A stretch of 63,908 nt of DNA, the filler included, from Basidioascus undulatus (lineage: Eukaryota), in NCBI GenBank assembly GCA_000826855.1. It is 19 parts of 19 records of this genome, joined end to end, with 100 filler letters (N's around TTAATTAATTAA, not from the genome) between each part and the next. Parts side by side here need not be neighbours in the genome. Positions count along the whole stretch, not along the records: positions 16,081 to 38,827 come from JTLS01000288.1; 18 more parts are not named here. The stretch is one strand, 5' to 3'. Below the pieces are notes generated by a model. The model worked only from the letters and a program-made list of their open reading frames with translations, made no database searches and had not been told where the DNA came from. Position 1 is the first letter of the stretch, and each line of letters opens with the position of its first letter. The position numbers were made by a program, and so were the translations under genes. This document shows, one piece after another, positions 23,958-36,367 of this stretch.

Positions 23958-24852
23958 TCATGCTTCTAGTGCGGAGTCAAGCAGTACGTAGCGCCCTTGC
24001 AGCCTGGTGGCAGAGTCCGCTGGCCCACGACTGAAGCTCTCTTTTCTTCCCAAGCGATATTTTCGCGTTGTTGCGCATGGCCATGCGGGCGGAGCGGGGC
24101 ACGCCGAGGCGGGCACTGCACACGAGGGCGCGGGCGGAGCTGCTCGGTGTCTGAGGCGGGGAGGTTTGCCTGCCGTCGAACTGGATCCAGGGTTTCGAAG
24201 GCTTCCCGTCAACGATAATCGAAACGGTGGAGAGCCAGCCAGCATAGCGCGCGTCAACCGGGGGGACAGCGAACAACTGCCGTGCTTCGAGAGACGCAGG
24301 TGGTGCGAAGCCTTTTTGGGTCAGAGGACCGTCACGGTACCGTCTAGGTCTACCATAACCGGGAAGTTCATCTGAACGCGCTCGTCCTGCCCGAGGTTCA
24401 AGGCGACGGGGACCTGACCGCCAGCCTCTCGCAAAAGAGCCTTGTGCGCTGAAAGAGCATATCTGCCTCGTCAGTCGGCCGATTCGCATCGCAGCTGGCC
24501 AGTAATTTGAGCTCTTCTGTCTCTCCGAAGAGCCAGTGGTACGGGAAGATGTCGCCGAAGTCAAGCACCTCTGCGCTGAACGATTGCCGGAGGAGAAGCG
24601 TTCGATCGAGATACCGCCCGATGACGACCATCTCGTCCTTCTGAATAATCTCAGCGAGCAGGCGCTTGAAGTTGCCTTGCTGGAGGAGCAGCACACCGCA
24701 GTACGTGGTCACTCTGAAGGCGTCGGGGATGGAGAGCGCCAGATCGGTGCCGCCTGCAGGGGAAGCTGTGGACTCAGGATTCGACGTCGGGACCACGCAG
24801 ATGGCGCACTGGTCCGCTCGCTGACGACTTCGACATTGAACCTGAGAGGCAT
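23958..24852 (-). pseudogene. Decayed intronless gene, paralogue of the MYND-finger pseudogene at 36368-37463
   Basis: Starts MPLRF; frameshifted; IPDAFRVTTYCGVLL...RLLAEIIQKDEMVVIGRYLDRTLLLRQ aligns by eye with the 37354-37160 peptide. Confidence 0.55.
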
Positions 24853-25975
24853 TGTGAATGTCCGGATATGCGGTTTGAGCGATGGGATAGGAGTGAGAGG
24901 CTGGTCTGGCGATGATGATGGCAGGAGAAGAGCACGGGAAGAGCTGTCGCCGCGCTTTGACGTGCGTGGCTTCGGTGTATTTTCGACCGAGCTTTGGACC
25001 CATCGACTCGGTTTAAATGTTCCATAGCATTGCAAGAGCTACTTCGGACATAGACTGCCTATTTTGTTGCACACGGTCAGTACCCACCCGGCCGCCCCCA
25101 CCAAAGGCAAGATTGGGCTGGGATTATACTGTCTAGGACGCTATGTCATACAGCTAACGAACCCCGGCTCAACCCAGCGATATATGACGACGACGCACAG
25201 TGCACGAATAGGACAGAATCCAGCCATCCGTCGACGCATCGCCACTGTCCTGCAACCTAACAGAGCCACTGCTCTGCAGAGCTCCAGCGAGCCCTCGTAT
25301 AGTCCGAAGACAATGGATATCTCACAATTGTTTCATGCGCCGAATCATAAAACTATAGGGTAACTTGGGCAGGACTTCAATCCGAGAGGCACAGATTATG
25401 CCGAGAACTCGAGACTCGCGCAGGAGGCACACAAGCCTTTCGTTCGGCTTTCGGTCCCTGAGACGAACAGACCCTCTCCCGATAACCTCCCGCGAGTGTG
25501 TACGATGCTTCATCATGTTCATTTTGTGTCGTTACTTTAAAATGCAAGTAATTATGAGGTAGAAGGAAACTTGAAAAATGCGAGGCGTGACGAAGACGAG
25601 GATCAAAATGAGAGAGGGTGGGGTATTCACAAGAACGGCAAAGCCGCTGAAAGGTGGTGAAAAAGATATCATGCAGGTGAATAATGAAAGTCGAGAAGTA
25701 ATGTATGCTTTCATGATCTGAATCCGCACGCAAGCGGCAGACATGAGCATTGGCACTGTCGAAGGCAGGTGTTGAAAAGGCTTTCTTACCGAACGAGCGT
25801 AACGCTGACTTCCCCACCTTCGAGTCAGTGTACACGTTCTCGTGCGCACTGAAAGAGTGGATAATGCCTGTCTTCTCACATTGCCGAAGCCCAGCTGTTC
25901 AATTTTCGGGCCGACTACGTCCTAGGACCTACCGTGCAATCAGCCTGAAGTGCGCACATCGGGACCAATGAGGAC

Positions 25976-26500
25976 TTACAGTAGCGAGAGCGTCACATCA
26001 CCGTGGATACGGGCTTGAAGCTCGAGCTTGATGTCGACGTCGAGGTTCAAGTCGAGTCGGAGACGGACGGCGTTGCCCTCGTCGTCATCGTCCCCTCCGC
26101 CCGCGACTTGCTGCGCTGCGCCGCCCACCGCGTCCGTCGCGCCCTGGACGGCCTCCTGCGGCTTCTGCAATGCGTCGTTTGCCAACTCACCACCCGGAAC
26201 CCCACCACCGCCCTGCTTCTGACCCCCGCCCTGATTGGCCTGCCTCCTCTGCTTCTCCCTCTCTGCCCTCTCCCTCTCCTGCTTCTCCTTGTCCGCCCCC
26301 TCCTGCTTCCCCTGCTGCGCATCGCCGTCGCCCTCCGAGCTGGTGCTCGGGCTCGACGGACGAGAAGACCCGGCGTCGGAGCGCCCGTCTTCACCGCCCT
26401 GCTCGGCGTTCTGCGAGGCTTCCGGCCCGCGCTGCTCCTGCGACTCCTGGGGGGTCGACTGCTGCTGCTCGCGCTCCTGTGTGGGCGTGGAGGTGGACAT
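25976..26500 (-). CDS. Hydrophilic Q/E/G-rich protein with conserved fungal C-terminal LRLDLNLD...ARIHGD motif, 174 aa
   Basis: Clean ATG-TAA ORF; low-complexity N-terminus; C-terminus AVRLRLDLNLDVDIKLELQARIHGDVTLSLL. Confidence 0.8.
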   Translation of the reverse strand: MSTSTPTQEREQQQSTPQESQEQRGPEASQNAEQGGEDGRSDAGSSRPSSPSTSSEGDGDAQQGKQEGADKEKQERERAEREKQRRQANQGGGQKQGGGGVPGGELANDALQKPQEAVQGATDAVGGAAQQVAGGGDDDDEGNAVRLRLDLNLDVDIKLELQARIHGDVTLSLL

Positions 26501-27488
26501 GGTGGGTGTGTGGGTATGCGAGCGTTAAACAGGATACGATGAGTGTGTGGGTTTTTTTGGCGTGCAATGGGGAAGATGCGGGTTTGGTGAAGAGAACGCA
26601 AAGGCTTTCGGAGGGGGTTTACATCGCTCGCGGGGGAGGATCTCTGTCAGCTCGGCAGCGCAGCAATGCTCTCATGTTCTCACAGCTCCACTCGGCGGCC
26701 CGCAAACTGAGAGAAGTATGTACGGGGTAGAGTTTCATACCCATCAGGGCCTTGAAAAGAGAAGCGGAGTCAACGCAACCTCGTTCATCATCTGGAGTGC
26801 TGCTGTGCATGAGCCCTGACGGCGCGCCGACGGCTTTCGCATACCTGCCGCTGAAGTTGCATGTCTACCTATTGGCCTGTCGTCCTTCCTTTTCCTTGTA
26901 TTTTCAGGCAATTGTATTTTAAAACATACGTCCTGTTCTTCCCAGGCAACAGCTGAATCATGTTAACAATCTATGATACAATCCTGTCGGAGCTGCGAAA
27001 GTCAGGGAAAAGCCACCCGCTGCGCAGCGCGCGTACGTCGTCGACCCTCCTCCCTTCGCTCCTCTGTACCCTCTCGAGTCACCATCACACGCTCAACTTG
27101 GCACTTGAACGCTCCGCACAGCTTCTTTCGAATTCGTTGCAATCACTAACACTTATCTCATCTTCCTGGGAATGACGTCATGTTCTCATGCACATTCTTA
27201 TCACGGACAACGGTGCGCGGCCTGAAGCGGTTGCCGTGGCGGACTCGTCGTCACAACCCATCGCAATGTTCACAGTTCTATTCCAAATAATACGGACCCT
27301 ACGTGAACTTCGAACCCCGAGGCGACGCATGATCGTTCTGTGTACCTGACTCCACGGCTCCTTGTCGGGTGTAAATCGCGGGCTGGTTGCCACGTTGGAT
27401 GAATGCTATTACTCGGTTGATGCACTCACTTTACCAACATATTCTCAAACTGATCAATAATCAATCGAAGTTGCTGCTTCAAATCAAC

Positions 27489-29590
27489 ATGACCGACGCA
27501 CTCAAGAAACGCTCGAGCATTCAGAAGCCCCTCCAGCAGCAGGCTGAGTCGTCACCGTTCGCGACGGGATCGGGTCGCTTCTCGGCCAGATCAAGGAGGT
27601 AGGTTAGACGCCCGGCCAGGAGGGCCTTCCTCTAATCTCTCGGTGATTTTGTTGTCCGGCGCTACACCCACAGGCTCGACAAGGCCGGCGAGACGGACGA
27701 CGAGGAGGCGCTCTGGAAGACGCTCGTAGACGCCCAGCCGCTCTTCCAGAAGACGACCGCCATCGTCGAGCAGGCTCCCGACATCGAGTCGGACCGTCTG
27801 AAGGATCTCCTTAGCTACGCTACTCAAGTACGTGCATGCGACTGGCAGTTCCCAACATTGGCTGACCTCCTCTTGTCTCCGTCGTTTGTTCCCAGGCCGT
27901 CGGCAAGGCGGAAGGCGCGGACGGACGTTGGCGAAATCTTCGGCAAGGTTCGGCCGCTCGTCGACGAAGTGAGCTCGATCGTCAACAAGGCGTCGCCAGA
28001 TGCGCTCGCCGCCGAGCTGGCGCCGGCGGACGGCCAGAAGACGCCCGCGTCCGAGGCGGCGACCGCGGCCGCTAGCGAGGCGAGGACAAGGCGAAGGCGC
28101 CTGAGTTCGCCTAGTCGAGCCCCCCCACCGAGGCAGCGGAGACCGACAAGTCGCTGCTCGACGGCGACGCTCCGCCCGACGACGAAGCGGCGAAGGCCGC
28201 TCAGGAGCAAGAGGCCAACTTCGCGGAAGAGGCGAAGGGAAAGGCCGAGATGCTCAACGAGCTTTCCAAGCTCGTCTCCCCCGCGCTGGACCGCCTCAAG
28301 CCCGTGAACGATCTGTTGAGCGCGGTGCGTAAACCCTTTCTGCCCGGTCTCTTTCTCCAACATACCCGTCCATGGCCTCACTCGGTTGCTGACCAGATTC
28401 CGTTTCTTTCCTTCTCCGTCTGCAGGCCATCGAAGACGCCGACAAGACGGACAAGTACGACGAGAAGGCCCTTCGCGACAAGCTTCAGCCCCTCCGACAA
28501 TGCGTCCAACATCCTCGCCGATACGCAGCAACAGCTCGAACACGTCGATCCCGAAGGCTCGCTTACGGAGGAGGCGCGGGATCACGCGGACGATGGCTCG
28601 GTGAGGCCCGAAGGGCAGCGTTTTGCTGACGCTTATCTCCTCAGTCACCCATGTGGTAATCACATTCCGCTTCCTCTACAGCTTACGGAGGACATCCCGC
28701 GGACGATCGAGCGGCGAAGAGCCGATCGAGGACGCCACTCGCGCGCGGGAAGACGCGGAAAAGGCGTCGAAGGACGACGCGGAGAAGACTGCTCAACTTG
28801 CTCAGAAGTTGGCCGACCTCGCTGATCATAGCCTCGATAACGTCAAGCCGCTCGTGGGCATGATCAACGAGGTTCGTTTGAGATCTTCGCTGCTTCCCGC
28901 GTATTGGGCACACCGATTCTGATCCCGAGCCACCCCTGCATCCTTTCACCCTCAGGCTATCGACAAAGCGGACAACACGCCAAAGGAGAAGCTCGACACG
29001 CAAACCTTCATATAATCTCACCTCGCTCGTCAGCAAGGCGTCGCCGATCGTGGACGAGACGCCCGAGAAGCTTAAGGACCCGGACCCGGGCCTTCCAATA
29101 CTTCAATTTATTTCATATCCAATCATCATGCCTCTCACCACTCTCCACGCCCTCCCCCTTCTCTTCCTAGTCGCCGGGATGGGGAGACCGTCCACCTCGC
29201 GCAGCACAACACGCACAGCCGCACCGCGACGCCCGAGCAGTCGCATCTCTCCAAGAGCTTCGACAACGTGCGTTTGCCGCCCCTCTCGCTCTCATCTGAT
29301 CACCGTACTTCGCACGGGCTGTCTCTGACCCTCAATTTCATTCCTTGCGTCCCAAGCTCAAGAAGGACGTCCCCGCCGCGATCGACCGGGCCAAGAGCAA
29401 GATCGCGGAGGTGAAGAAACGACGGGAGGACGCCGAGGCGGCGACCAAGGCCGACGCGGACAAGCTCGCGCAAGATGCGAAGGCGCTCGGTGCCAGCGAA
29501 CGGGGCGAAGATGAAGTCGCTCCAAGTCGCTGGCACTGTTGCAGTGTAAAGGGAAGGTGGCCCAGAGGGAGCTGCATAAACATAGATTAA
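27489..29590 (+). pseudogene. LEA-like/DUF6987-like helical repeat protein gene with multiple frameshifts
   Basis: Exonic peptides ALDRLKPVNDLLSA|AIEDADKTDKYDEKAL, ILADTQQQLEHVDPEG, SLDNVKPLVGMINE|AIDKADNTPKEKLD, DVPAAIDRAKSKIAE; frame switches within exons near 27915, 28090 and 28495. Confidence 0.6.
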
Positions 29591-29621
29591 GGCAAATAGT
29601 CTATCAGCCACGAACTCTTCC

Positions 29622-30030
29622 TTATTGCATGATACAGAGAGCGACCCACGCAAGCGCGCGGGAGAGAGCTCCATGACTTGATGAGGTCGTCAGCTCCGCG
29701 AGCGCGCCTTCCAGTTCCTCTACTGGGACCTCATCCGGTGAGTGAACGAAAGCAACCATCCGGGTCCATCTCATCCAGCGTCCAGGGAACTTGCAGATCT
29801 TGCGCTCGAGCTGCTCGACCTTGGACCCTGCATTTACGTAAACGCATGCCCGGCCGTTATTCGAGCACTCTTGGCAGCTTGGCTTGATTCCATCGCATTC
29901 TGTTCCAGTGCCTGGCCCCGACTCCAGTAAAGTAGCCGAAAGCGCTTTGGTCAGAGCACCCACTGATCTTGCGATACCGACACTCTTGGCAGGCAGCGCC
30001 TTGATGGAGTATGGTCACACGGCGAGGCAT
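29622..30030 (-). CDS. Truncated Zn(II)2Cys6 zinc-cluster protein (about 90 aa; possibly a pseudogene)
   Basis: GAACQECRYRKI|KCDGIKPSCQECSNNGRACVY followed by KVEQLERKI|LEELEGALAEL coiled coil and an early stop; second intron has a GCAAGT donor. Confidence 0.75.
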
Positions 30031-30722
30031 GAGAGAGATATACTGGACGTTGCATTGCAAGAGGCTGGGGCTGGTAAAGACCTAGGAAATCCACAGAAAG
30101 CACTGATCCCGTGCGAGGACGAGGGCAGTTAATGTCGCCTTGCTCGGGAATCGGAGCAGACTGAGGCTTCCAGGTGTCGTCAGCAGCGCTGCTTTCTCCG
30201 AGATGTTTCCAGAAGTATGGGCTTTACTGAGAACAGTTTCTGACGTAAGAGGCATACTCCGGCTGCGGCTCAAGTCGGGGATCGCGTTGGGAGCCTGTGC
30301 GGTGGAAGCAGTAGTCGTGTTGGGGCCGTCACTGTGCGCTAATGATGTTGCCGTCTCTCTTCATGCACTATCAGGGGCAGAAGAGAAGGACTCCGCTGCA
30401 TGTAGTATGCTCATTTGAGCCTTGAAACCTGCCAAGTCGATTCAGTGAGTAAGAACCGCTGCAAAGCGAACCAGCTGACCCAAGACCCATCGAAGCATGG
30501 CAAGCCGACATCTCAGTGCGAAAGAACAAAACGACATAAACAAAAATAGGTAACAAATCAAGGTAATGTCAACCCGTCTCCGCATGATCAAGCAGCCGGC
30601 CTCACCACCTTCCCGTTCGCCTCATCCCTCAGGCGCCTTCCCAGCTCTCCGTGGCCAGGCGACTTCACCGACGAAAAGTGCGCTGCGAGGCCGTTCGTGT
30701 CTGGTAGTAATAACAACCGATG

Positions 30723-31866
30723 TCAGAATCGATTTCGTACGAGCTTTGGTGAGTTGTGAGAGTCGACATGTACGTACTCTTGTATGCCTTGCCGCAGCCC
30801 GGCACAAGGCAGACGTACGGCCGCGGTACGTCGTCCTCCATGAACGCGTTGCGCCGCCTGAACAGCTGATACGTGCCGTCCTGCGAGTTGGACGACGTTG
30901 GCGAGCCCTAAGAAATACCATCCATCAGCATGAAGCGCTGCGCGCGGCAGGATGGAGGGAGACGAACCGGTGCTGCTGCTCCCACGGCGCCGCCCGAAGC
31001 GAGGTTGGCGACGAGCGAGCTCGATTGAGCCGATGCCGGTGCGCTGGCAAGGGTCAACAGGGTTGGTTTCGGGGGCGGTGTAGGCTCTGTTCGAGTGAGA
31101 GTATGCATGAGCGACATGCAGATGCAGCGAGAACGAACGATAGGGCAGATGCGCACTGGTTGGTAGAGGGGCGCCTGTACACCTGCCACGGTTCTTGTGG
31201 TTGTACTGAAGGAAATAAAACGTCAGACATAGTTCCAGATTGGCTTGTGAATAATGAATAACGCACGATGCTCGTCTTGTACCCGTATCGCTTGCCACAG
31301 TCGCAGACATACGGCTTGGACGCCTCGTCGCCCGAATCCTCGTCCTCGTCATCCTTTGCTTCCGGCGACCCACTGGGGCGCTCCTTCTCCTGGACTGCTT
31401 CCTTTTTGCCGAGGCCAGCCGGGGCTGCTGGGAGCTTTTCGGAGCGCGACGGACCGGCGACATCCGGGTGGACGTCCATGCCTGTGATGATGAACGGTCA
31501 TTGACTACTGCTGGCCGATGAGTGAGGGGGGTTCAAGGGAGTGGACGAACCTGGCGGAGGAGGAACGCCCGGACACCGGCCGCTCTTCTTGTGATTGTAC
31601 TGCTCCGGAGGCACAAAGTCAGAATTGCGGTCGCACGATCGAGGGGACTATATAAAGCAGCAGCTACGTACGACGCTCTCCTTGTACGCATAGCGCTTCC
31701 CACAGATGCAAGCGAACGGCTTGGACTCGCGGTCGATCGCGGCGCCACGCCCTGTGCGGGCAGGCGCAGGCGCAGGCTGGTCATAGTCGGACGCGGAGTC
31801 TTCGGGCTGTGGCGATTGCGACGCGGCGGCGGAAGTCACGCGTCGGGTCGCGCGCTGTACAGGCAT
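30723..31866 (-). CDS. Protein with two CxC-x12-H-x5-C zinc-finger-like modules; 3' end uncertain
   Basis: Exons 31866-31672, 31599-31551, 31481-31267, 31205 onward; KPFACICGKRYAYKESV|YNHKKSGRC and KPYVCDCGKRYGYKTSI|YNHKNRGRC. Confidence 0.7.
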
Positions 31867-32287
31867 GATCGTTTGAGTATACAGTCTCACAAGTCGAAGA
31901 GGCGCTGAGAGAACCTACAGGTGTTGGCGGCTTAACGTCGATGTGGACAGACGAGAGTGGGATCGGCGCTGCGGCGGCGCACGAAAGTGTCAGCGATGCT
32001 TGCGATGCCACAGAACAGATTGTAAGTGCCTCACAGTAGTCGTACTTGACTCCGCATGGCTGGTTGAGTTTATGGCTTTCCTGTGAGTGGCAAGAAGGCA
32101 GTCAGCGCTATGCGAACAGGAGCGCGTGCGCGCCAGTCTGATGGGGATGGCCGCGTCACACCAAGTTGCGCTCAAAGAGGTAGCGCTTGCCGCAAGTCCG
32201 GCAGACGAACGGGTAGACTGCAGGTTTCCTCCACTTCGGAAACTGAAGGACAGGCGCCGGTACGAGAAAGTCAGTACGTTGGGTCCC

Positions 32288-32596
32288 TCAAAAGGGGTGA
32301 CAGACCCGCGCGATAAGGAAAAGCTGTACAGGTTCAACCGCAGCTGCTGCCTGTGCGGACAGCCTCGCACGCTTGGCAGCTGGCTGGTCGTTCAGAACGC
32401 TATCCTGTGTGATATTGTGGGTTAGAAGGCGACGAGGGCAGCAAACAACAGACATGCAACAAACCATCGATTGCTGGTCGCCGTCGCTGCTGGCTGATGC
32501 CCTGTCGGACGATTCCCGCAGCCGACGCAACTGCACCTCGACGTCCATCGGCGGAATGAGGGGCACATCAGCTTGAATTGGCGTAGGGTCTTCCAT
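32288..32596 (-). other. Possible gene fragment of unknown function
   Basis: MEDPTPIQADVPLIPPMDVEVQLRRLRES... with a candidate intron and QPAAKRARL (NLS-like); early stop. Confidence 0.25.
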
Positions 32597-33759
32597 GTTG
32601 ATTCGAGTGGCGTGCGAAGTGCAAAGACGAAAGGACAGGCAGCCGCAGTTGCTGTAAAGAGGAGAGGGGCGTGGCTAAAGGCAAAGTTCGGAACAAGCGC
32701 AGCACACTGATGACGGTAGCCGAGACAATAAACTTCCGGCCAATCACAGTGGCTGCCATCGCGCATTCAGTCACCTTCACACGACATACACGTTAACCAA
32801 AATACCTTGTTTGGGTATATTATTCGTTATTCGTTGGCATGAGAGAAAGAGCATCGAGAACAGTCAGTCGTATAGAGCTTTGATTCAGGGCCGGTCCCTC
32901 TCCGACGCAGCGTGTGTGTTCCAACTTTCAACATACAGATCTGTGTTCACTAATACGAAATTGTGCAGAAAAATATCTTCTCCAAATATCGGAAATTTCA
33001 GACGTCTTTCCTTCAGAACGCGACGTTCTTGTGGGTTCGCGATGGGGGCATGCTGAGCATTGCGGCCGCTGATGCCTGCTTGCTGCTCATAGGGGCGGGT
33101 CTGTCTAGATGTCATTGTAAATTATAGAAATTAACGCCACAAAGAATTCTCAGTCTCCTTGTGTTTCCCGAAGTGTTGGCGGTGCCACGGCAGCAGTACA
33201 AGTGCCCCGTAATGCTATGGCTCTTCGCGTTTCAGTGTTTCATGCGAGGCTCCGTTGCCGGCTTTGGTACTGGGTGCGGGTTTTGGATGTCATTAGAATT
33301 TACATCAGGCGGGGGTAAAAACTGTGGGAAAGTTCCGGAGCTGCTCAAACGCTTGAGTGGACATCATGATGAATGCACCTGCTTGAAGCCCGTCGAGGAG
33401 CAAGCATGAACTTTGCACTGCAGCCAATAACTCACTTTCAGTCTCTCCCGGAATTGCTTTGATTCCTCTTTTTACGACCAGCTTGTGTTCATCACTGTAG
33501 GCTGAATCTGCTTGAAAGCTCACTGATTGTACATATTGCGTAGCAGCGCTGCCTTTGCAGTCCTTTCTGACTAATGATTGTCCGCGCACTCCTCGGAATC
33601 TTTCCTCCTTGCTGCTGCTTGCCTTCCCAGTTCACGATCACCCATATTTCACATAATTTACCAATCTATCGCCATTTTGCGTCGCTCATCTATACCGAGG
33701 CACACTGCTCTGTTCCAACACCCACGCTTCACCCTGTCACCCTCTCTCGAGCTGCCCCG

Positions 33760-35251
33760 ATGCCTCTCGCCGCCTCGCTCTCGACTACACGCGCAGGCCC
33801 AGATGAGCCGGTGAAGACGCAGAGGGACCGAGTCCTGATGGACGAGAAGGAGGTCTTCAACCACAACGCATGGTACGCACAATCTTCCCGAGCCGACCTA
33901 CTGCGAGGCGTCTGAGCAGGGTGTGCGGCTTAGGGATGATGTCCCAGCACCTGAGGACGAGGACCAGCTGGTAGCGCCCTACTTGGAGCTACAGCACGCG
34001 TTCCCGGCTTCTGATGAGAAACGGGGTCTGTCATAGTCTCTCCATGTTCACCAGCTTGCCCCCCACCCGACCGCATCACCCTAACTTGTCCCGCGTGGAA
34101 TAGATGAGCTGAACGCCGATCCTGCCGCACACTGGGACGCCTTCTATCGACTCCACTCGTCTTCCTTCTTTAAGGACCGCAAATGGCTAGGCCTCGAGTT
34201 TCCGCAGCTACTTCCTTTCCTCGAACCCACTGTACGCCTCGTCGGCCATCCCCGTCCCGACACCCCCGCGTGCTTCGCCTCGACTCCGAGTTCTTCTCAT
34301 CTGACTCTTTCGCTTTTCTCCCTTCCCTATTTTGCTCAGGCCGGCCCCGCCTCCATCCTCGAAGTCGGCTGCGGCGCCGGGAACGCCTTCTTCCCTTTAG
34401 TCGAGTCGAACCAGAACCCGCAACTCACGCTGGGCGCGTGCGACTACTCTTCCGAAGCCGTCTCCGTCGTTCGCTCTAACCCGCTCTTCCTCAACCCTCC
34501 TACCGGCCATGTTCACGCATCGGTGTTCGATCTGGCGTCCGCGGGAGAGACCGACCCGCTGCCCGCGCCTGAGGGAAGCGTGGACGTCCTCCTCCTTATC
34601 TTCGTCTTTTCTGCGCTGCATCCGGACCAGTGGGCGCAGGCGGTTAAAAACATTGCGAGGGTGCGTTGTTTTCTCTGCATTTGGCTCCCTCTTGTGTGTC
34701 CACCGCATTTATGTTGAAACGTGTTCGCCCAATCCTGCCGCACACAGCTCCTCAAACCTCAAACAGGCCTCCTCCTCCTACGCGACTACGGCCGACACGA
34801 CTTGGCGCAGCTGCGGATGAAGAAGAACCGACTTCTGGGTGAAAACTTCTACTGCCGAGGCGACGGCACTCGCGTCTACTTCTTCACGCTCGGTAAGTCG
34901 TTCCATCCCTTCACATGTTCCTCATGTTCCGCCGCCCTTGCCTCCTACCCCGCATTTCCCGGCTTCGGAGACTGACTCATGGGGCCGCGCACAGACGAAG
35001 TCCGCTCAACATTCACCGACGCAGGGCTGTTCGAAGTCCAGGATCTGAGCACGGACCGGAGGCTGCTCGTGAACCGCAAGCTGGAGCTGAAGATGTACAG
35101 AGTGTGGCAGCAGGGCGTGCTTAGAAGGAGCGGAGCGGCGGTGGTGGGCGCCGGCTCGGGCGCAGGAGTGCAGGAGGTAGTTGCGGAGAAGGAGGATGCG
35201 GAGGAGAAGCGGGAAGCTGAAGACGCGGCGCAGACAGAGCGGACACCTTAA
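33760..35251 (+). CDS. TRM140: tRNA 3-methylcytidine methyltransferase (Trm140/METTL2 family), complete, multi-exon
   Basis: [105 protein letters not shown]. Confidence 0.93.
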
Positions 35252-35625
35252 ATTCATGTTCGCTGCGTATACTTGGGCTTGCTTTGTCTGTGCCTGCAGG
35301 GAGATGCGCTAGGTCCAGTTCGGGCGCTGATGACCGGTAGATGATCTGGAACGGCTGACTTCTTCCTGTCCTCTTTCGGTACTCTGCTTTTCCGCCGAGA
35401 CTGGATCGACTCCGGTACATTACACGCAACATCTTTCAATCGTGCAACCTCACTAATCGTTGCCCCGCCCGCACCTTACGTGTGACGCATCCAACAAGAC
35501 GTTACGCCGACAAGACGAGGAAAACAGCAGCGTAGCGCCACACTTCTCGGCTGGGGAATTGTCCTCGCATTCATCGGCACTACCTATCCTGCGCATGCGC
35601 CCAACCCTTCCGATTCCCAAGCGTC

Positions 35626-36020
35626 CTAGACGCGCCCATCCACCACAAACCGCCTACACAGCCAGCACTTTGAAGACCTCGCCCAGCGCGGTCGCGCCCG
35701 AGACGAGTGCGTTTTGCCGCGCTTCTCTGACAGCATACGACTCTGCTTCAAGCGCTTCGAGCGCCTCGATGTCCTCTCGAGAAGTTTGGAGAGAGCCTTC
35801 TCTCGGCGGTATCGCCAGCTGTCGGCACCGATGTCCGCTTGTCCGTTGCGGCGACCGTCAGCTGGAATGTCCCCATCACGCATGCGAGGACTCCTGCGGA
35901 AAGGACGGCCATGTGCGGAGTGTGGGTACTTGTAGGGATTAACGCGCGTAGAGAGGAAGAAAGCGCTTGGAGAGGGGAAGTAGGCGATGGGGGTGTGCCG
36001 GCAAGGTGTTGGGTCGCCAT
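35626..36020 (-). pseudogene. Possible decayed small gene with a BAG-like helical remnant
   Basis: YRREKALSKLLE (frameshift) DIEALEALEAESYAVREARQNALVSG. Confidence 0.25.
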
Positions 36021-36367
36021 GCGGAGCGCCTGTCACTTCGTGTCACTCAAGACGAGCGGTTCCAGCGGTTCCTTCTTGTGCGTTCGTGGTTTGTTGGGGC
36101 TCGGCTGAGATCTGGAACTGGGGCCGTAGTTTTTCTAAAGAAAAGCGGAATTGGGGCTGGAGCATTGTATGGGTGAACTTACTGGGACAGCAAGCGACCG
36201 TGAGTCGCCCGGCTGTGCCGGCCGACAAGCAGTCGCACTGAAGTTCGATATGGGCCAGGCGTGAATTTCAATCCTCTCGAGAGTTTAACCTTTAACAATT
36301 AAAAGTGCAAGCTTGATCTATTCTTCGAGTCTGTACCCCACCCATCCACGACGTCCGGCCGACACGT

